NCBI GenBank assembly: GCA_001687465.1
Contig: LVLI01000080.1
Location: 1 to 64,000, forward strand
DNA length: 64,000 bases
Direction of reading: 5' to 3'
From: Halocafeteria seosinensis
Taxonomy: Eukaryota
Positions 22,794 through 33,798 of this stretch are shown here, piece by piece (the stretch's first letter is position 1; each line of letters starts with the position of its first letter). The notes beneath the pieces were generated by a model. The model ran no database searches, was not told the origin of the DNA, and saw only the letters and a list, made by a program, of their open reading frames with translations. The position numbers and the translations under genes are program-made.

Positions 22794-25700
22794 TCATGAG
22801 GAATCACTTGAGTCATCACCCTTAAATACTGGGTCTGACGGGCGCTCGGCTTTTGAAGGACTTCGGTAATCCTCGTCAGTTTCGACTTGACGTTCAGGTA
22901 TGGCTTCGTTTATTGAGTCGTGACCGACTGAACGTGGAGATGCGCCATCAGATGTTAGTGAAGCAATCATTTTTTCCCGACGAGCCCCTGATACTTGGTA
23001 GGCATGGGGACCAAGCCGTGGACTTGTGCTCTTATCATCCGAAGAGACTGATCCCGTACTGTCCGAATACTGTAGTTCTCCCCGAGGGGTATTGCCTCTC
23101 TCGTCCTCGCCGTCATTTGAAACCGAAGAAACGGAGAATGCCGTCCTCGCACTAAAGGGGGTGGACGGGTGGGTTTTCGTGTGGCGGGAGACGAACGGCG
23201 ACTCTGCCGCCTTGGTGGCCGTTGCTTCCTGTTTGCTGGATGAGTTCTCTCTCGAAACGCTTGTGGATTCTTCTAGCGTAGACTCAGATATATCTTTTGA
23301 AGTAGATTCCTCTTCATCCGCGTCTTCATCGTCCTCCTCAGTACTGACCGTTAGCGGTTCTTTGCCTTGCATTTTCCGTAGGGTTTGCAACAGTTTTGCA
23401 CCGGGTTTAGCCTTCTTGTCTTTTTTACTAGCGTAGGTAGCGCTGGTATCCAGATTGTTTGAAGGAGGCGGCCCTGCAGGCTTTCTATGCACTCGGTTCT
23501 TCGTTAATGCTCCTTTCATAGTCGGGCTGTCTTTATATGACTTAGCCAAGGTTTCCGCCAAGGAGCTGCTTGGAGAGTTACTCGCCATCGTGGTTGATGC
23601 CGCACTTGCTTCCACTGTAGTGGTTGCTGCAACAGAAGGAAGACTATTGTATATCTCATACCATCTTGAAATAAAATCTGTCGGCGTCTCCCCGCTGCTG
23701 CTTGTCTCCGTAGGAGCTTCCCGTGTAACGTCAGTTCGTTTTGTCGCTGCTTTCGAAGAAGTAGCGTTGTGCTTATTGGTACTCGAGTAAGAATCACTTG
23801 GGATGGCAGCGGCTATTTCGCTCTGGCTTCGTTCTATAGGCAAGGAGCTGGAATGGTCGTTAACAGCTTCCTCACTCTCAGAGTCATTATCAAATTCATC
23901 ACTGTAACCTGTATCGCTGCTTCCTGATTCGTCCAAGACAGGGCTAACTTCATCTTCCGCTTCACTATCTTCTACATCTTTGCTCCTATTTCTTCTGACT
24001 TCAGTACGGTCAACTGGGCTGTTCGATGAATTGTCCTCTCCGGCTTCCTCGGAAGAGTTCTCTTCGGCCGACTCGGTGTCTGTGTCACTCGGTACATGGA
24101 AACTCTCATCGTCGTAGTCTTCTTCTTTCTCTTGTTGAGGCTGCCCGGCTTCCACAGGAAGAGAAAAAGATGCATCGCTGGCTTCAGGTGATTCGACTGT
24201 CTTGACATGTAAACTCTCTCTTGTCTCGCTTTGGTCACGTTTTCGCTGATAGCCGGCAGTAACCGCGTTGGAGCAATTCCGTTCCTTCGCCCCCGCATCG
24301 GTTTCTGGAGTGTTTCCACTGGAATCGACAGCCAAGGAACCCGTCGCCACACTGGTGGTAGTAGGGTGAGAGACTGTCAAAGTTTTTGCTTGGTTTTCAT
24401 TCCCAGAAGGAACAGAGCGAAATTGGTTCTTCCGCAAAGGGGAACACGACTTCGGTTGAGGGGAAGGTACGCTCGAGGAAATCGATTTTTCAGCGTAGAC
24501 ATCACTCAAATGTAACGCCTCCTCGCCATTCACCGTCTCTTCCTTCTCAGCAGGAGACGAGCATTGAAGAGTGTCTGATACTCCAAAAGCAGCGCCTCCA
24601 TAGCTCTCGAAATTTGGGGATCGAACTGAGACTTGTGGTCTCTCGCTTACGACGGTAGGTGGATTACGTTTGCGCAATTTGCACACTACTTGAGACAAAT
24701 CGCTGGACTCTTGTGTTTGCCTACAAGATTGAGACAGCAAATTATGCTTCTTCCCCATTTCAGCCATCTTGCGGGAGTTTGATGAGCAGAGTTGGTATCT
24801 CCGCTGACCGGCCACTGTTGTCGCCTTCAATGGATCAGTGTGGAAGTGCAAGAACGGCTCCACCTCAAATAAAGCTTCCTTTTCATCCAGAGAAGAGCGA
24901 CCACGAAATGATGCAGACTTAATGAGATCTGCGGGCATTTGAGGCTTCTTTGCTCTAGTGTGCGGTGGAGGTATCGGCCGGTCATGGTTTGAAACCCTTT
25001 CACCTGTAGATCGATTTGCTGTATGGTTCTCTAACGCGCGAATCGCGGTGCTATCGGCCGTACTTATATGTGTTTGCGTTGGCCAATCAGAGAGCTGTGA
25101 GGCAGCATGGGGTCCACCACTATCAGCAGAGACTTCTACATGGCATTGCCCGGACGATAACGTCGTACGTAAGGGAATCGCGCGGGTGCTTGTCGGCTGC
25201 GAGTACTGGGGTTCACTGCTTTCCGTCGCGTTTTGGTAAGAGCACGCTGTTGAATCGCTTGGGACGGCACCGCCACTCCGCGTGGAAACTGCGTGCGTAG
25301 TACTCAACGTATGTTCCGGGGAGCGATGGAAACGTATAGATGGAGGTCGGAATGATTGTGCGTTTCGATCAAAAGGAAAACAGCTCGTCGCCCCCTGCAT
25401 GTTGCCATGAGGCGATTTCGGGGATATAGCACGTTGAGGAATCTGACTCGGTTCAAAGCTTGCTTCTGGTTCTTTTATACTCAGATGCACGTCTTGAGTG
25501 GTGAAGGACGTCCTTGATTCTTCCGCTCGCGATATAGGCGTATACTCAAGCGAATGCAGTACTGCTTTCTTCACCTTCACCAGAGTACGTGCTCTTTGCA
25601 GGTTCTTCCCTTGATTGGAGTGGAGAGCTTTCCACCTCCAGTTGTTCCCATCCTCAGCGTCACCCTTTCCTGGTAGGTACACCACTCCGCTTGCTACCAG

Positions 25701-26069
25701 TTCCCAAGAGGAGAGGGCTGATTCCCTCCACAGTAGGTTTTGTTCAATGGAAGAGACACCCTGCTCATTCTGATATTTCAGTGTGATCCTCCGAGCCTGC
25801 CTAATGCTGATAACAGACATGTGGACATCATTGTTCTCTACTCTGGTATTTCTTTGGAATCGGTATGGTCCAAAAGACGTTAGTGACTTCTTCCCACATC
25901 GCACATCCATGAGCACTTCCCCATCAGCTGTGCTGCTGCCTCTCGCGTGAGGGTCATATTCACCTTTCGGAGCGTCGTCACTGCCGCTGGGAGAGGGGGC
26001 AGCGTTCTCCTTATCGCTACATGGCCACTCTAGAGTCTTCAGGAAAATATCGAAGGTCACAATTCCCAT
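22794..26069 (-). CDS. Large Ser/acidic low-complexity hypothetical protein with a possible small N-terminal beta domain
   Basis: Intronless 1091-aa ATG ORF. Confidence 0.7.
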   Translation of the reverse strand: MGIVTFDIFLKTLEWPCSDKENAAPSPSGSDDAPKGEYDPHARGSSTADGEVLMDVRCGKKSLTSFGPYRFQRNTRVENNDVHMSVISIRQARRITLKYQNEQGVSSIEQNLLWRESALSSWELVASGVVYLPGKGDAEDGNNWRWKALHSNQGKNLQRARTLVKVKKAVLHSLEYTPISRAEESRTSFTTQDVHLSIKEPEASFEPSQIPQRAISPKSPHGNMQGATSCFPFDRNAQSFRPPSIRFHRSPEHTLSTTHAVSTRSGGAVPSDSTACSYQNATESSEPQYSQPTSTRAIPLRTTLSSGQCHVEVSADSGGPHAASQLSDWPTQTHISTADSTAIRALENHTANRSTGERVSNHDRPIPPPHTRAKKPQMPADLIKSASFRGRSSLDEKEALFEVEPFLHFHTDPLKATTVAGQRRYQLCSSNSRKMAEMGKKHNLLSQSCRQTQESSDLSQVVCKLRKRNPPTVVSERPQVSVRSPNFESYGGAAFGVSDTLQCSSPAEKEETVNGEEALHLSDVYAEKSISSSVPSPQPKSCSPLRKNQFRSVPSGNENQAKTLTVSHPTTTSVATGSLAVDSSGNTPETDAGAKERNCSNAVTAGYQRKRDQSETRESLHVKTVESPEASDASFSLPVEAGQPQQEKEEDYDDESFHVPSDTDTESAEENSSEEAGEDNSSNSPVDRTEVRRNRSKDVEDSEAEDEVSPVLDESGSSDTGYSDEFDNDSESEEAVNDHSSSLPIERSQSEIAAAIPSDSYSSTNKHNATSSKAATKRTDVTREAPTETSSSGETPTDFISRWYEIYNSLPSVAATTTVEASAASTTMASNSPSSSLAETLAKSYKDSPTMKGALTKNRVHRKPAGPPPSNNLDTSATYASKKDKKAKPGAKLLQTLRKMQGKEPLTVSTEEDDEDADEEESTSKDISESTLEESTSVSRENSSSKQEATATKAAESPFVSRHTKTHPSTPFSARTAFSVSSVSNDGEDERGNTPRGELQYSDSTGSVSSDDKSTSPRLGPHAYQVSGARREKMIASLTSDGASPRSVGHDSINEAIPERQVETDEDYRSPSKAERPSDPVFKGDDSSDSS

Positions 26070-26582
26070 TCTTTACGCATGTCCCAAGTAGCCAGCACAA
26101 TTCCGCTGCACCATGTTGATATCCTCTATTAGGAAGCAATAGGCACGTGGAAGTTGCTTGAAACCCAATATGCACTCTATATACGCTGTTATACACTGAT
26201 ATAAGAGGAGCTCCTATCGGAATTCAAATTTCATTGAAGTGTCCCTGTTGCGTTACCATTTCCCGACAACTTTCTCGAGTAGCATCAAACACAATATTCA
26301 GTCTGATCAGACGTTCCTCAGTATGGAGTGGACAACGACGCCATGTATGTTATTCAATACGTGAATAACGACAGGATAATGAATCCGGGCGTCCCGCCCG
26401 GATTCCCGGGCTTCAAGTGTTTGGTAAGCTACAACTACCAGGGAAGCTGGGGTTTTCAGAGGCCCATCTCTTTTCATACAGGTCTCCTCATGAAGCTCCA
26501 ATTCCGTGGAGTCCTGCTTAATTGGATACACAATTGATGGTTGAAAGATTCGGAAGGGAATGAGTGGTGGCTATTGTGGGGC

Positions 26583-29500
26583 ATGGAACAGCGTGGCGCC
26601 TCTACTAGTGAAGGTGCTGGAGTAAACCACGATAACGTTGAAGGGTTATCGCCCCACGGGGAGACAAATTACGCAGATAGACGCACGGCCCAAGGTGCTC
26701 GTTCGTCCGGAGGGCGGAAAGGTAGACCGGCTGCATCGTATGAATCTACTGGAAGTGAAAGAGAGCACCTTATTCAACAGAGTCCTGGACAAGGAAGTCA
26801 TCAACACAGCTCACCATCGCCTCTGAGAACCACCTTACACAAGAACTACAGTTTTCAAGTGGAAGACATTCCTATCGAGCAGAAGGAGCTTGAAGGTCAG
26901 CAATTATCGCAAGGAGAGTCATCCACCGTTGCTTTGTGGGAGGGTACGGTGTGGTACGAAGACCACTGGCTACGAAAGAAAGGTGCGAAACTCGACAAAG
27001 GCGAAAAAGCTTCGTCCAGAGGGAACTGCTGCACTTGCTGTCCGACCACTGGCTGGATTCCCAGATTTACGGAACTTTATCCAGGACTTCTTAAGATATA
27101 CGACAGCGACGCTGAAGAGCTTTGCAGATTAGACGTTTCGAACGCAACTTGTTTTACTTCACTGGAATTTGTTTCACGGAACGAGATACAAATCTCCGCG
27201 CCGAGCGATAGTAAACTAGAGCTACTCAATATCCTGTTTGAGAACGAAGAGAAACGAAACGAGATGAGTAAGGCTATGCAACGGAAACCAGGTTCTCATT
27301 TCAGTAAATCAAGTAAATCGCGCCTTGAAGACGAGCAAGATTCTTCCAGAGAACCTGGATCGCGACAAGAGTCGTCGTCAACAATCCATAGCTACTCAGT
27401 TGACTCTGTTTCTTCAGTTAACCAGTCTACCCCTTCTCGGGCTAACCGTGGTGCGTTACACCAACCGGAGAGTCCAACCAGCGCAACAGCTTCCGAGGCA
27501 AAGAGTCCACCTTCTAAGAAAGATGGGCAGCGACTTCATCAGTTCGAAAGGACTGCCACTGAACGCGCGAATAGCTCTAATTTGCAACCTTCTTCCGTTA
27601 TACAAGATCGTGAGGTCGAAAATGAAGATCGCCAAGCAGACGTCAATCCTAGCCGATGGGGCACGCCGGAGCAAGAAAATGAACACACCGAAAGTCCGAG
27701 TGCGCACGATACGAATGCCACCTCGTTGTGCTATAAAGAAGGAGAATTACGCATCCTGGGGAAGAAAAAGAGTGGCGAATATACGTGGGTTCGCCGGTAT
27801 TGTGTTTGTCGTCCGTCAATTCTTCAAGTTTTTGCTGTGCACGACCATTCTGATGCAAGACCTTCATTTACTACTACGGATTGTACGGTGGGCACAGTTC
27901 CAAATGACGATGTGGTGCCCCGTGGGATGCAAAAGTTTTACTTAATCAACCCATCAGGCTCCCAGTACTTTTTCGTAGCTGATGAAGATGAGGTTGATGA
28001 GTGGCTCACCGTCCTTGCAGAGAGTAGTGAATATTTTCAAGACGGTGGGGTGGGTACCAATGGACGCATCTTTCGATACCGAAAAGCCAGATTAGCCACT
28101 CGAACGCCGAACTCCGCGTCACAAGAAGAATCTGCTACCTCTGCGACCACTGGTAACACCATTGACCACGACGTCTCGGAACAGTATAGCAATCGCTCGG
28201 TTGATGCCACCGATGATGAATCGCGGGGCAGGAATGACCTCAACGTCACTACTGTTCACACCACCGATCACCGCGTTTCAGAGCGGCGTAGCAATAGTCG
28301 CTCTGTCCATGAGGAGTCGCGGACGAGGACAGGCCATACCGCGGCTGTTCACACGACCTATCGTAACGTCTCCGATCAGCCTAACGGCGACTCTGTCGAT
28401 GCCACACAAGGGGAGCAGTCGGCGATAAATGTGGTAGGTAGTGGCAGAGCTAAAGCAGATACGTCCATCAGCAAGGGAGTACAAACGGAAACGTGTCCGA
28501 AACAAACCAGTCCTTCGCAAAGGGAGGAGCGAACTCGGTCGCCTGATTTGTACAATAGGTTTCTGAAACCTTCAGCAGAGCATATACAGGAAGTTTCGCC
28601 TTACTTCGTTCCGGAGGGAAACACAGAACTCCAATACGAGGAACCAGCTTCGATTGAGAACCGCCGTAAAAGGCTCAGTAGTGCAGATTATCAGGAAGAC
28701 AAAAGTGATTGGAGAGCTGAGAGGCACGTTAGGCATAGCACCTCTCAACTAACATCTCTCGAACTTTTAAGACAGTTACGTAAAAGGTATTCTCCGGAGT
28801 CCATCAAGGAAAGGCTGGCAACTGCTCAATCGTCTCCAAACTCGGACTCTAAGTCTCTTTCTTCGAAGCAGTCACCAGTCTCTCCTTATTACCATCGATT
28901 GTTTCCTGGACATAACGGTGGGATTTCGCCAAGATATGGTACTGAGCACTATTCGAGCCCCCATGGCCAAGGCAAAGCACATTACGCTAGCGAAAACAAA
29001 GTGGTTTCCTCAGGAAAACCGATGTCTCTATCCTGTTCATTTGATCGTCATCATGGAAATTCACCATCAAGAGGATCTCCAGTTATAGACAACGCCGAGC
29101 GGACTACGGTATACTGGCAAGATTATGACCAATACGCGGCCGCCGGACACTCTCTGGGATTCTCTCCTCACACTTACAACAAGCAGCCTTCTTCTGGAGA
29201 TGGTCAAAAATCAATTACCGGACGACACTCGTCACCTTACCGGTCCAGGAGATTAAAAATTTCCTCTTCAACAGGATCGAAATCGCATTCGATCCCTAAC
29301 AAGAAGACTGATGTGTCTGCATCGCCGCAGTTGACCGAATCTGAAACGACTAACAATGCAGTACATCCGCACGGAACAACCATCTACTCGAGCTCTCCCG
29401 AAGCGAGACAACACCTGCGTATTTCTGAGGATGTTAACGTGACGCCTGTCCGAACAGTCAGTGCCGCCACGTCGACATCGAAGGGCAGCGTAACTTCATC

Positions 29501-32306
29501 GCCAGCGTTTAAGGAGCTGTTGCACTTCCTCGAGAAGGACGACTCTCCTAACAACGGGCTTTCTGCAAAATCAGCAACCAGCCATCCCAGTCCAGGATAC
29601 AGAAGCAAATTAGACCACGTAGAGATGGAAAGAGCCCCGGAGCGTATGTCTCTGTCGAACGAAAACAACGAAGAGCTGAATGAAGACATGCAGGAGTCAA
29701 CCAAGACTACAGAGAATACGTTTACAAATGAAGATTCGGAGACCGCCTATCGCAATACGCAAGCTGCTGGAGAACAATCCACAGAGAACGTGGAAGGAGC
29801 TTATGGTTCGGGCCGTCCCCCCTCGGATGCTGAAGACTTTCTTTCCGTTGTCCCAACGCGTGCTTCTAATGAGACTTTACCAGTAGTGCAGCTTGAGAGT
29901 GGGACAACCGTGGAAACAAAAACACCTGAGATCCAAAACGCGAGTGCAGCTCCTGCAGTGAGTACCTTGGTAGACACCATAAAGTCAGCGTCCTCGGCAG
30001 TAGTTGGTTCAAACGATGAAGAAGGCCTCATTGAGCCGGTGGAGAATCAGACCGCAAACTCTCCATATGCGAGCCATCGTGCCCCGGCTGAGGATGTGTT
30101 GATGAATGGCCACCCTCTTATGGCTGACTTCTGTAAGAGTCAGACCCCGCCCCATGAAGAGGGTTACACAGCGCGTTATCGGAAGTTGAAAGCGCAAACG
30201 AGGTCTCCCCGACAAATTCCCAACGAGGGCAGCGCCCCTCGACGGCCTTCCGATGAGGGCAGGGCCGGCCGTCAACGGATCTCCAATGGGGGCACCGTCT
30301 GCCGAGAAAAACCGAGAGTTCATATCGAGAGCAGTAATGAGGAGGCCCGGGAGATTGGCGGCCAACTTGGAGCTTGGGAGGCGGAAATGGAATCAGATTC
30401 GGCATTCCATGAGGACGTTCGGGGATCCATCCGGTTGATCCGCCCCGAAAGTGGTGTATCTCTCTATAGAAGCTCTGGAAAGATATCTCGTCCTCGCTCT
30501 TCACGCCGCAAGCGAACGAAGAAGAAAAAGGGGAGACGAAAGAAGACCGTTGAGGAAGGAAAAGGTACCGAACCTGGTGGAGGAACAACGAAGGAACGTT
30601 TGCAGGGAAATTTTCTTGATTCGAAACAGGAGCGTGCAACCATGGGAGCAGCTCCAATGGAGAAGTCAACTCGGAGTTTGAACTATCGAAGTGCGCAGTA
30701 CTGTTCTCCTGTGGAAACCACAGGGTCTACCGAATTGTCTTGGAAGGCAGAGACACACGCCCATGAAACGAGAGAGTCGAAGGATGCTGCAGGTGAGAGT
30801 GGTAAAGAATATAGTAAGGATGTCTCGACTGTAGGTGCCGAAAACGTCGAAGAGTTTGCGAAGCTCCGCTTTCGTCCTCTAGCCCCCAAAAGTAAAAAGC
30901 TTATGGATGCTACCGCCGCAGTCCTGCAGGAAGTTCTCCGAGGCGGTGGTTCAGAGGCATCTGCCAGTAATACTACATCCGATCTCCATGGCCGTTCAGT
31001 AGTTTCGTCAAGCAAGGCAACAGTGACGGGCTCTCCCAGCACTCGAGCTGTTCCTGCAGTGTCTTCTACCGCCCACGTTTCAGCATCGAGGAGCACTAGC
31101 GCAGAGTTAGGCTCGGGAGCCGGTACAACTGACGTCTTCACAGAATCTGAAGCTATTTATGAGCTTTCTACTCACCTTGATGATCGTCCAGTTCCTACCG
31201 AAAGCACCGGTCCATCTGTGGACACCAGGGCGGAAACAACCGGACGTTGGGTAAGGAAAACATCTCCCGTGGTGAGAACCACTCATTTACCTGAGAGCCA
31301 CCCCCCTCGATGCAGCGATACATTATCCAATATGGTTGTGGAAGGGCGGATAGAGGAGCAGTTATCTGACTTCCTCATGGCTCATGGGATTTACCATTAC
31401 GCTCCCATCTTGATTAAGGCGGGAATCACGAAAATTAAGACATTGAGACAGACGAATGTTTCTCACCTACTGACGCTTGGCATTCACAAAGAAAATGCTG
31501 ACCTAATTATGAAATCATTTAGAGGCACGTACCCCACCGGCAAGAAGAGTGGAGAAACGAGAGAAGAAAGTACAGCGTCAAACAGAGCCATGTATTTGCA
31601 GCCTGAGAGAGAACGGCAGGCGGCCTTATCAAGAATAAGGTCCTATAAGAACTCGAAGAACCCTCTCTCCCGGATTCGCACGCGGCTGTTGTCTCAACGG
31701 GACGATACGGAAGATACGCACCGACGCGACATCAGTCCTGTGGACGATTCTTCGCAGAGTTTTTTTGCGGAAATTGAGGACTGTATACGAGAAATCCAGG
31801 GAGAAATAACCCGGGACCTGGTCGAAGAAACAGAAAGGTTCACCCCTCAGGGGGTACATTCAGCAGAAGCAACTACCAAATCCAGTCGGCATGAGAACAG
31901 TCTACCGACGTCTATTGATTGGTACACCGGCACCGGCAGTCATTCTGCACCGGCATCCCCTCGTACAGGAGCAATAGAAGGTTCCAAGCGCTATCCACCA
32001 GCCATAACCGACCATTCGACGGATAGCTCTTTAGGGACGGTCAATGCGTGTTACTCGGGGAGGGCCTCTGAAGGGACTACAACTTCCGCATCGAGACAGC
32101 ATCTCCCAACGTATTCTGGAAGTGGGACCGTTGGGCGTTCACAGCAGTTACACAAGTGGCAAACTGTCACCGAGGATCCCTCAAAAGCTGTGACAGATAA
32201 CTTCAATAGAATGGTAATGGACTATAAAAATGGAAGCGGAGGAGGCCAAGAGCCACCAGAAGCACCTGCCGGAATTCCTCGTCCTGATAAACCACGCCCA
32301 GGTTAG
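26583..32306 (+). CDS. Large scaffold protein with two PH domains and a SAM domain
   Basis: PH1 EGTVW...WLRKKG...WIPRFTELYPGLLKIY; PH2 KEGELRILGKK..WVRRYCV...DEWLTVL; SAM QLSDFLMAHGIYHYAPILIKAGITKIKTL...LLTLGI; about 1900-aa single ORF. Confidence 0.8.
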   Translation: MEQRGASTSEGAGVNHDNVEGLSPHGETNYADRRTAQGARSSGGRKGRPAASYESTGSEREHLIQQSPGQGSHQHSSPSPLRTTLHKNYSFQVEDIPIEQKELEGQQLSQGESSTVALWEGTVWYEDHWLRKKGAKLDKGEKASSRGNCCTCCPTTGWIPRFTELYPGLLKIYDSDAEELCRLDVSNATCFTSLEFVSRNEIQISAPSDSKLELLNILFENEEKRNEMSKAMQRKPGSHFSKSSKSRLEDEQDSSREPGSRQESSSTIHSYSVDSVSSVNQSTPSRANRGALHQPESPTSATASEAKSPPSKKDGQRLHQFERTATERANSSNLQPSSVIQDREVENEDRQADVNPSRWGTPEQENEHTESPSAHDTNATSLCYKEGELRILGKKKSGEYTWVRRYCVCRPSILQVFAVHDHSDARPSFTTTDCTVGTVPNDDVVPRGMQKFYLINPSGSQYFFVADEDEVDEWLTVLAESSEYFQDGGVGTNGRIFRYRKARLATRTPNSASQEESATSATTGNTIDHDVSEQYSNRSVDATDDESRGRNDLNVTTVHTTDHRVSERRSNSRSVHEESRTRTGHTAAVHTTYRNVSDQPNGDSVDATQGEQSAINVVGSGRAKADTSISKGVQTETCPKQTSPSQREERTRSPDLYNRFLKPSAEHIQEVSPYFVPEGNTELQYEEPASIENRRKRLSSADYQEDKSDWRAERHVRHSTSQLTSLELLRQLRKRYSPESIKERLATAQSSPNSDSKSLSSKQSPVSPYYHRLFPGHNGGISPRYGTEHYSSPHGQGKAHYASENKVVSSGKPMSLSCSFDRHHGNSPSRGSPVIDNAERTTVYWQDYDQYAAAGHSLGFSPHTYNKQPSSGDGQKSITGRHSSPYRSRRLKISSSTGSKSHSIPNKKTDVSASPQLTESETTNNAVHPHGTTIYSSSPEARQHLRISEDVNVTPVRTVSAATSTSKGSVTSSPAFKELLHFLEKDDSPNNGLSAKSATSHPSPGYRSKLDHVEMERAPERMSLSNENNEELNEDMQESTKTTENTFTNEDSETAYRNTQAAGEQSTENVEGAYGSGRPPSDAEDFLSVVPTRASNETLPVVQLESGTTVETKTPEIQNASAAPAVSTLVDTIKSASSAVVGSNDEEGLIEPVENQTANSPYASHRAPAEDVLMNGHPLMADFCKSQTPPHEEGYTARYRKLKAQTRSPRQIPNEGSAPRRPSDEGRAGRQRISNGGTVCREKPRVHIESSNEEAREIGGQLGAWEAEMESDSAFHEDVRGSIRLIRPESGVSLYRSSGKISRPRSSRRKRTKKKKGRRKKTVEEGKGTEPGGGTTKERLQGNFLDSKQERATMGAAPMEKSTRSLNYRSAQYCSPVETTGSTELSWKAETHAHETRESKDAAGESGKEYSKDVSTVGAENVEEFAKLRFRPLAPKSKKLMDATAAVLQEVLRGGGSEASASNTTSDLHGRSVVSSSKATVTGSPSTRAVPAVSSTAHVSASRSTSAELGSGAGTTDVFTESEAIYELSTHLDDRPVPTESTGPSVDTRAETTGRWVRKTSPVVRTTHLPESHPPRCSDTLSNMVVEGRIEEQLSDFLMAHGIYHYAPILIKAGITKIKTLRQTNVSHLLTLGIHKENADLIMKSFRGTYPTGKKSGETREESTASNRAMYLQPERERQAALSRIRSYKNSKNPLSRIRTRLLSQRDDTEDTHRRDISPVDDSSQSFFAEIEDCIREIQGEITRDLVEETERFTPQGVHSAEATTKSSRHENSLPTSIDWYTGTGSHSAPASPRTGAIEGSKRYPPAITDHSTDSSLGTVNACYSGRASEGTTTSASRQHLPTYSGSGTVGRSQQLHKWQTVTEDPSKAVTDNFNRMVMDYKNGSGGGQEPPEAPAGIPRPDKPRPG

Positions 32307-32330
32307 AATCTAAGAGTCATGAACGTACAA

Positions 32331-33560
32331 TCAGGAGTCGCCGTCGTTATCTGCACACAGCAAAATAAATGCGACGTAGCACTGCTTCTCCGAAGAACTG
32401 CCAATTTTGTGGTTGGCTGCAAGCATCCCATTGGAATTCACCCGCATATACGTCTCCTCCGCCATCGTAGCTGGCTTCAAGAGTTCGCTGAATGTCTTCG
32501 TATCATAGAATTGTTCAGTATCGGTCGCTACATCGTATGTCAGGAAAATGTCTGATGTTCGCGGTAGCTCTAGAGCAAACGAAGATAGTTCTCCCGCTAG
32601 TGTCAGTTGGAAATAAGGCGTCTGCTTTCCCTACAGAGGGTAAGGACATGCCTCGCTACACAAGAGTACAAGTCAACTTACATCCTTGAAAACCCTTAAC
32701 CTTAGCTGGCTTCCTATCGTATCCACAATTTCGTTGAAGTAAGGGCGTAGTGGTTCGCTCTTAAATACTACCTTGGCCGTAGTGTCATATTCTCTGCACC
32801 CCAACTAGTGTACAGGCATTCCAACACAAATGATGTGAATAAGTAACCTCAACTAACCGGAATTTACTCGGGAAATCTAACTCCTCGTCAACAATCCCAG
32901 TCCGAAGCTGGCACTCAGTTATAGAGCCGCTCTCTTCCAACACAACTAGAAGGTCTCTGCACATATATGTACGTGCAATATGTAAAATAACAGCAGAAAC
33001 GGAACCACTGGGATTTGCAATCGCACCCCGTCATTTCGTGGTATTTTAGCTCGACGGTTGTCATGTCCACCACATTTGATCCAAAAACTCGAAGGCACTC
33101 CAACAAATTTCCCAAATTGACGGAAAAACGAATCTGCACCAAGGGATGTGAGACAAAATGTTACATGAACCAAATGATGACTGCTACTAACCTCTGGTTC
33201 ACCATCATCTTCCTCATGTCGGGATTGCTCTTGAACAGGCGGGTCGAAATCATCGAAAACATTAGCCTGTACGTACACTTAAGGTTATAGAGCTCCCGGA
33301 TTCCCAGCGCAGTTTTGTGAACCTACCTTGATATACATGACAGCATGCATAGTTTTGGCCACATTCTGAACACTAACCCGCAGGCCTACATTGTTAACAG
33401 TGAATGAAGCGAATTGGTCCTTCTTCCCGAAATGCAATGCTGATAAACCATCGACTAGAACCCTAGAGGAAGTCAATTTACACTGGAATCCGAATCCAGG
33501 GCCTCCCTTCCCCTTGCCCGGAGGAGGCCGTGTGGATGTTTCCTCCTCGTGTTCTGTCAT
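32331..33560 (-). CDS. RAD1: Cell-cycle checkpoint protein RAD1 (9-1-1 clamp)
   Basis: Spliced: FQCKLTSSRVLVDGLSALHF, GLRVSVQNVAKTMHAVMYIK/ANVFDDF, FSVNLGNLLECLRVFG, and last exon ...YMRVNSNGMLAANH...VAFILLCAD ending TGA; PCNA-fold Rad1 signature. Confidence 0.82.
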
Positions 33561-33798
33561 ATGCAGGCAGTTCAGTCAACGATCAAACGAAACCGACGAA
33601 ACAACGGTACCTTGGGGCTTTAAGAGCATCAATACAGCTTCATTTTTTCTTCTCGAGGAATCGAGATAATTTGAATTCCACACAAGCCAACAAACTTTTT
33701 GTCGTGTCGTAACTTCAACTTGCTTTTCATATAACAGCGAATCATTGAGCATATTTGATAGATTACCGCTCCCCCCGAAAAAGCTACTGGTACCGATA

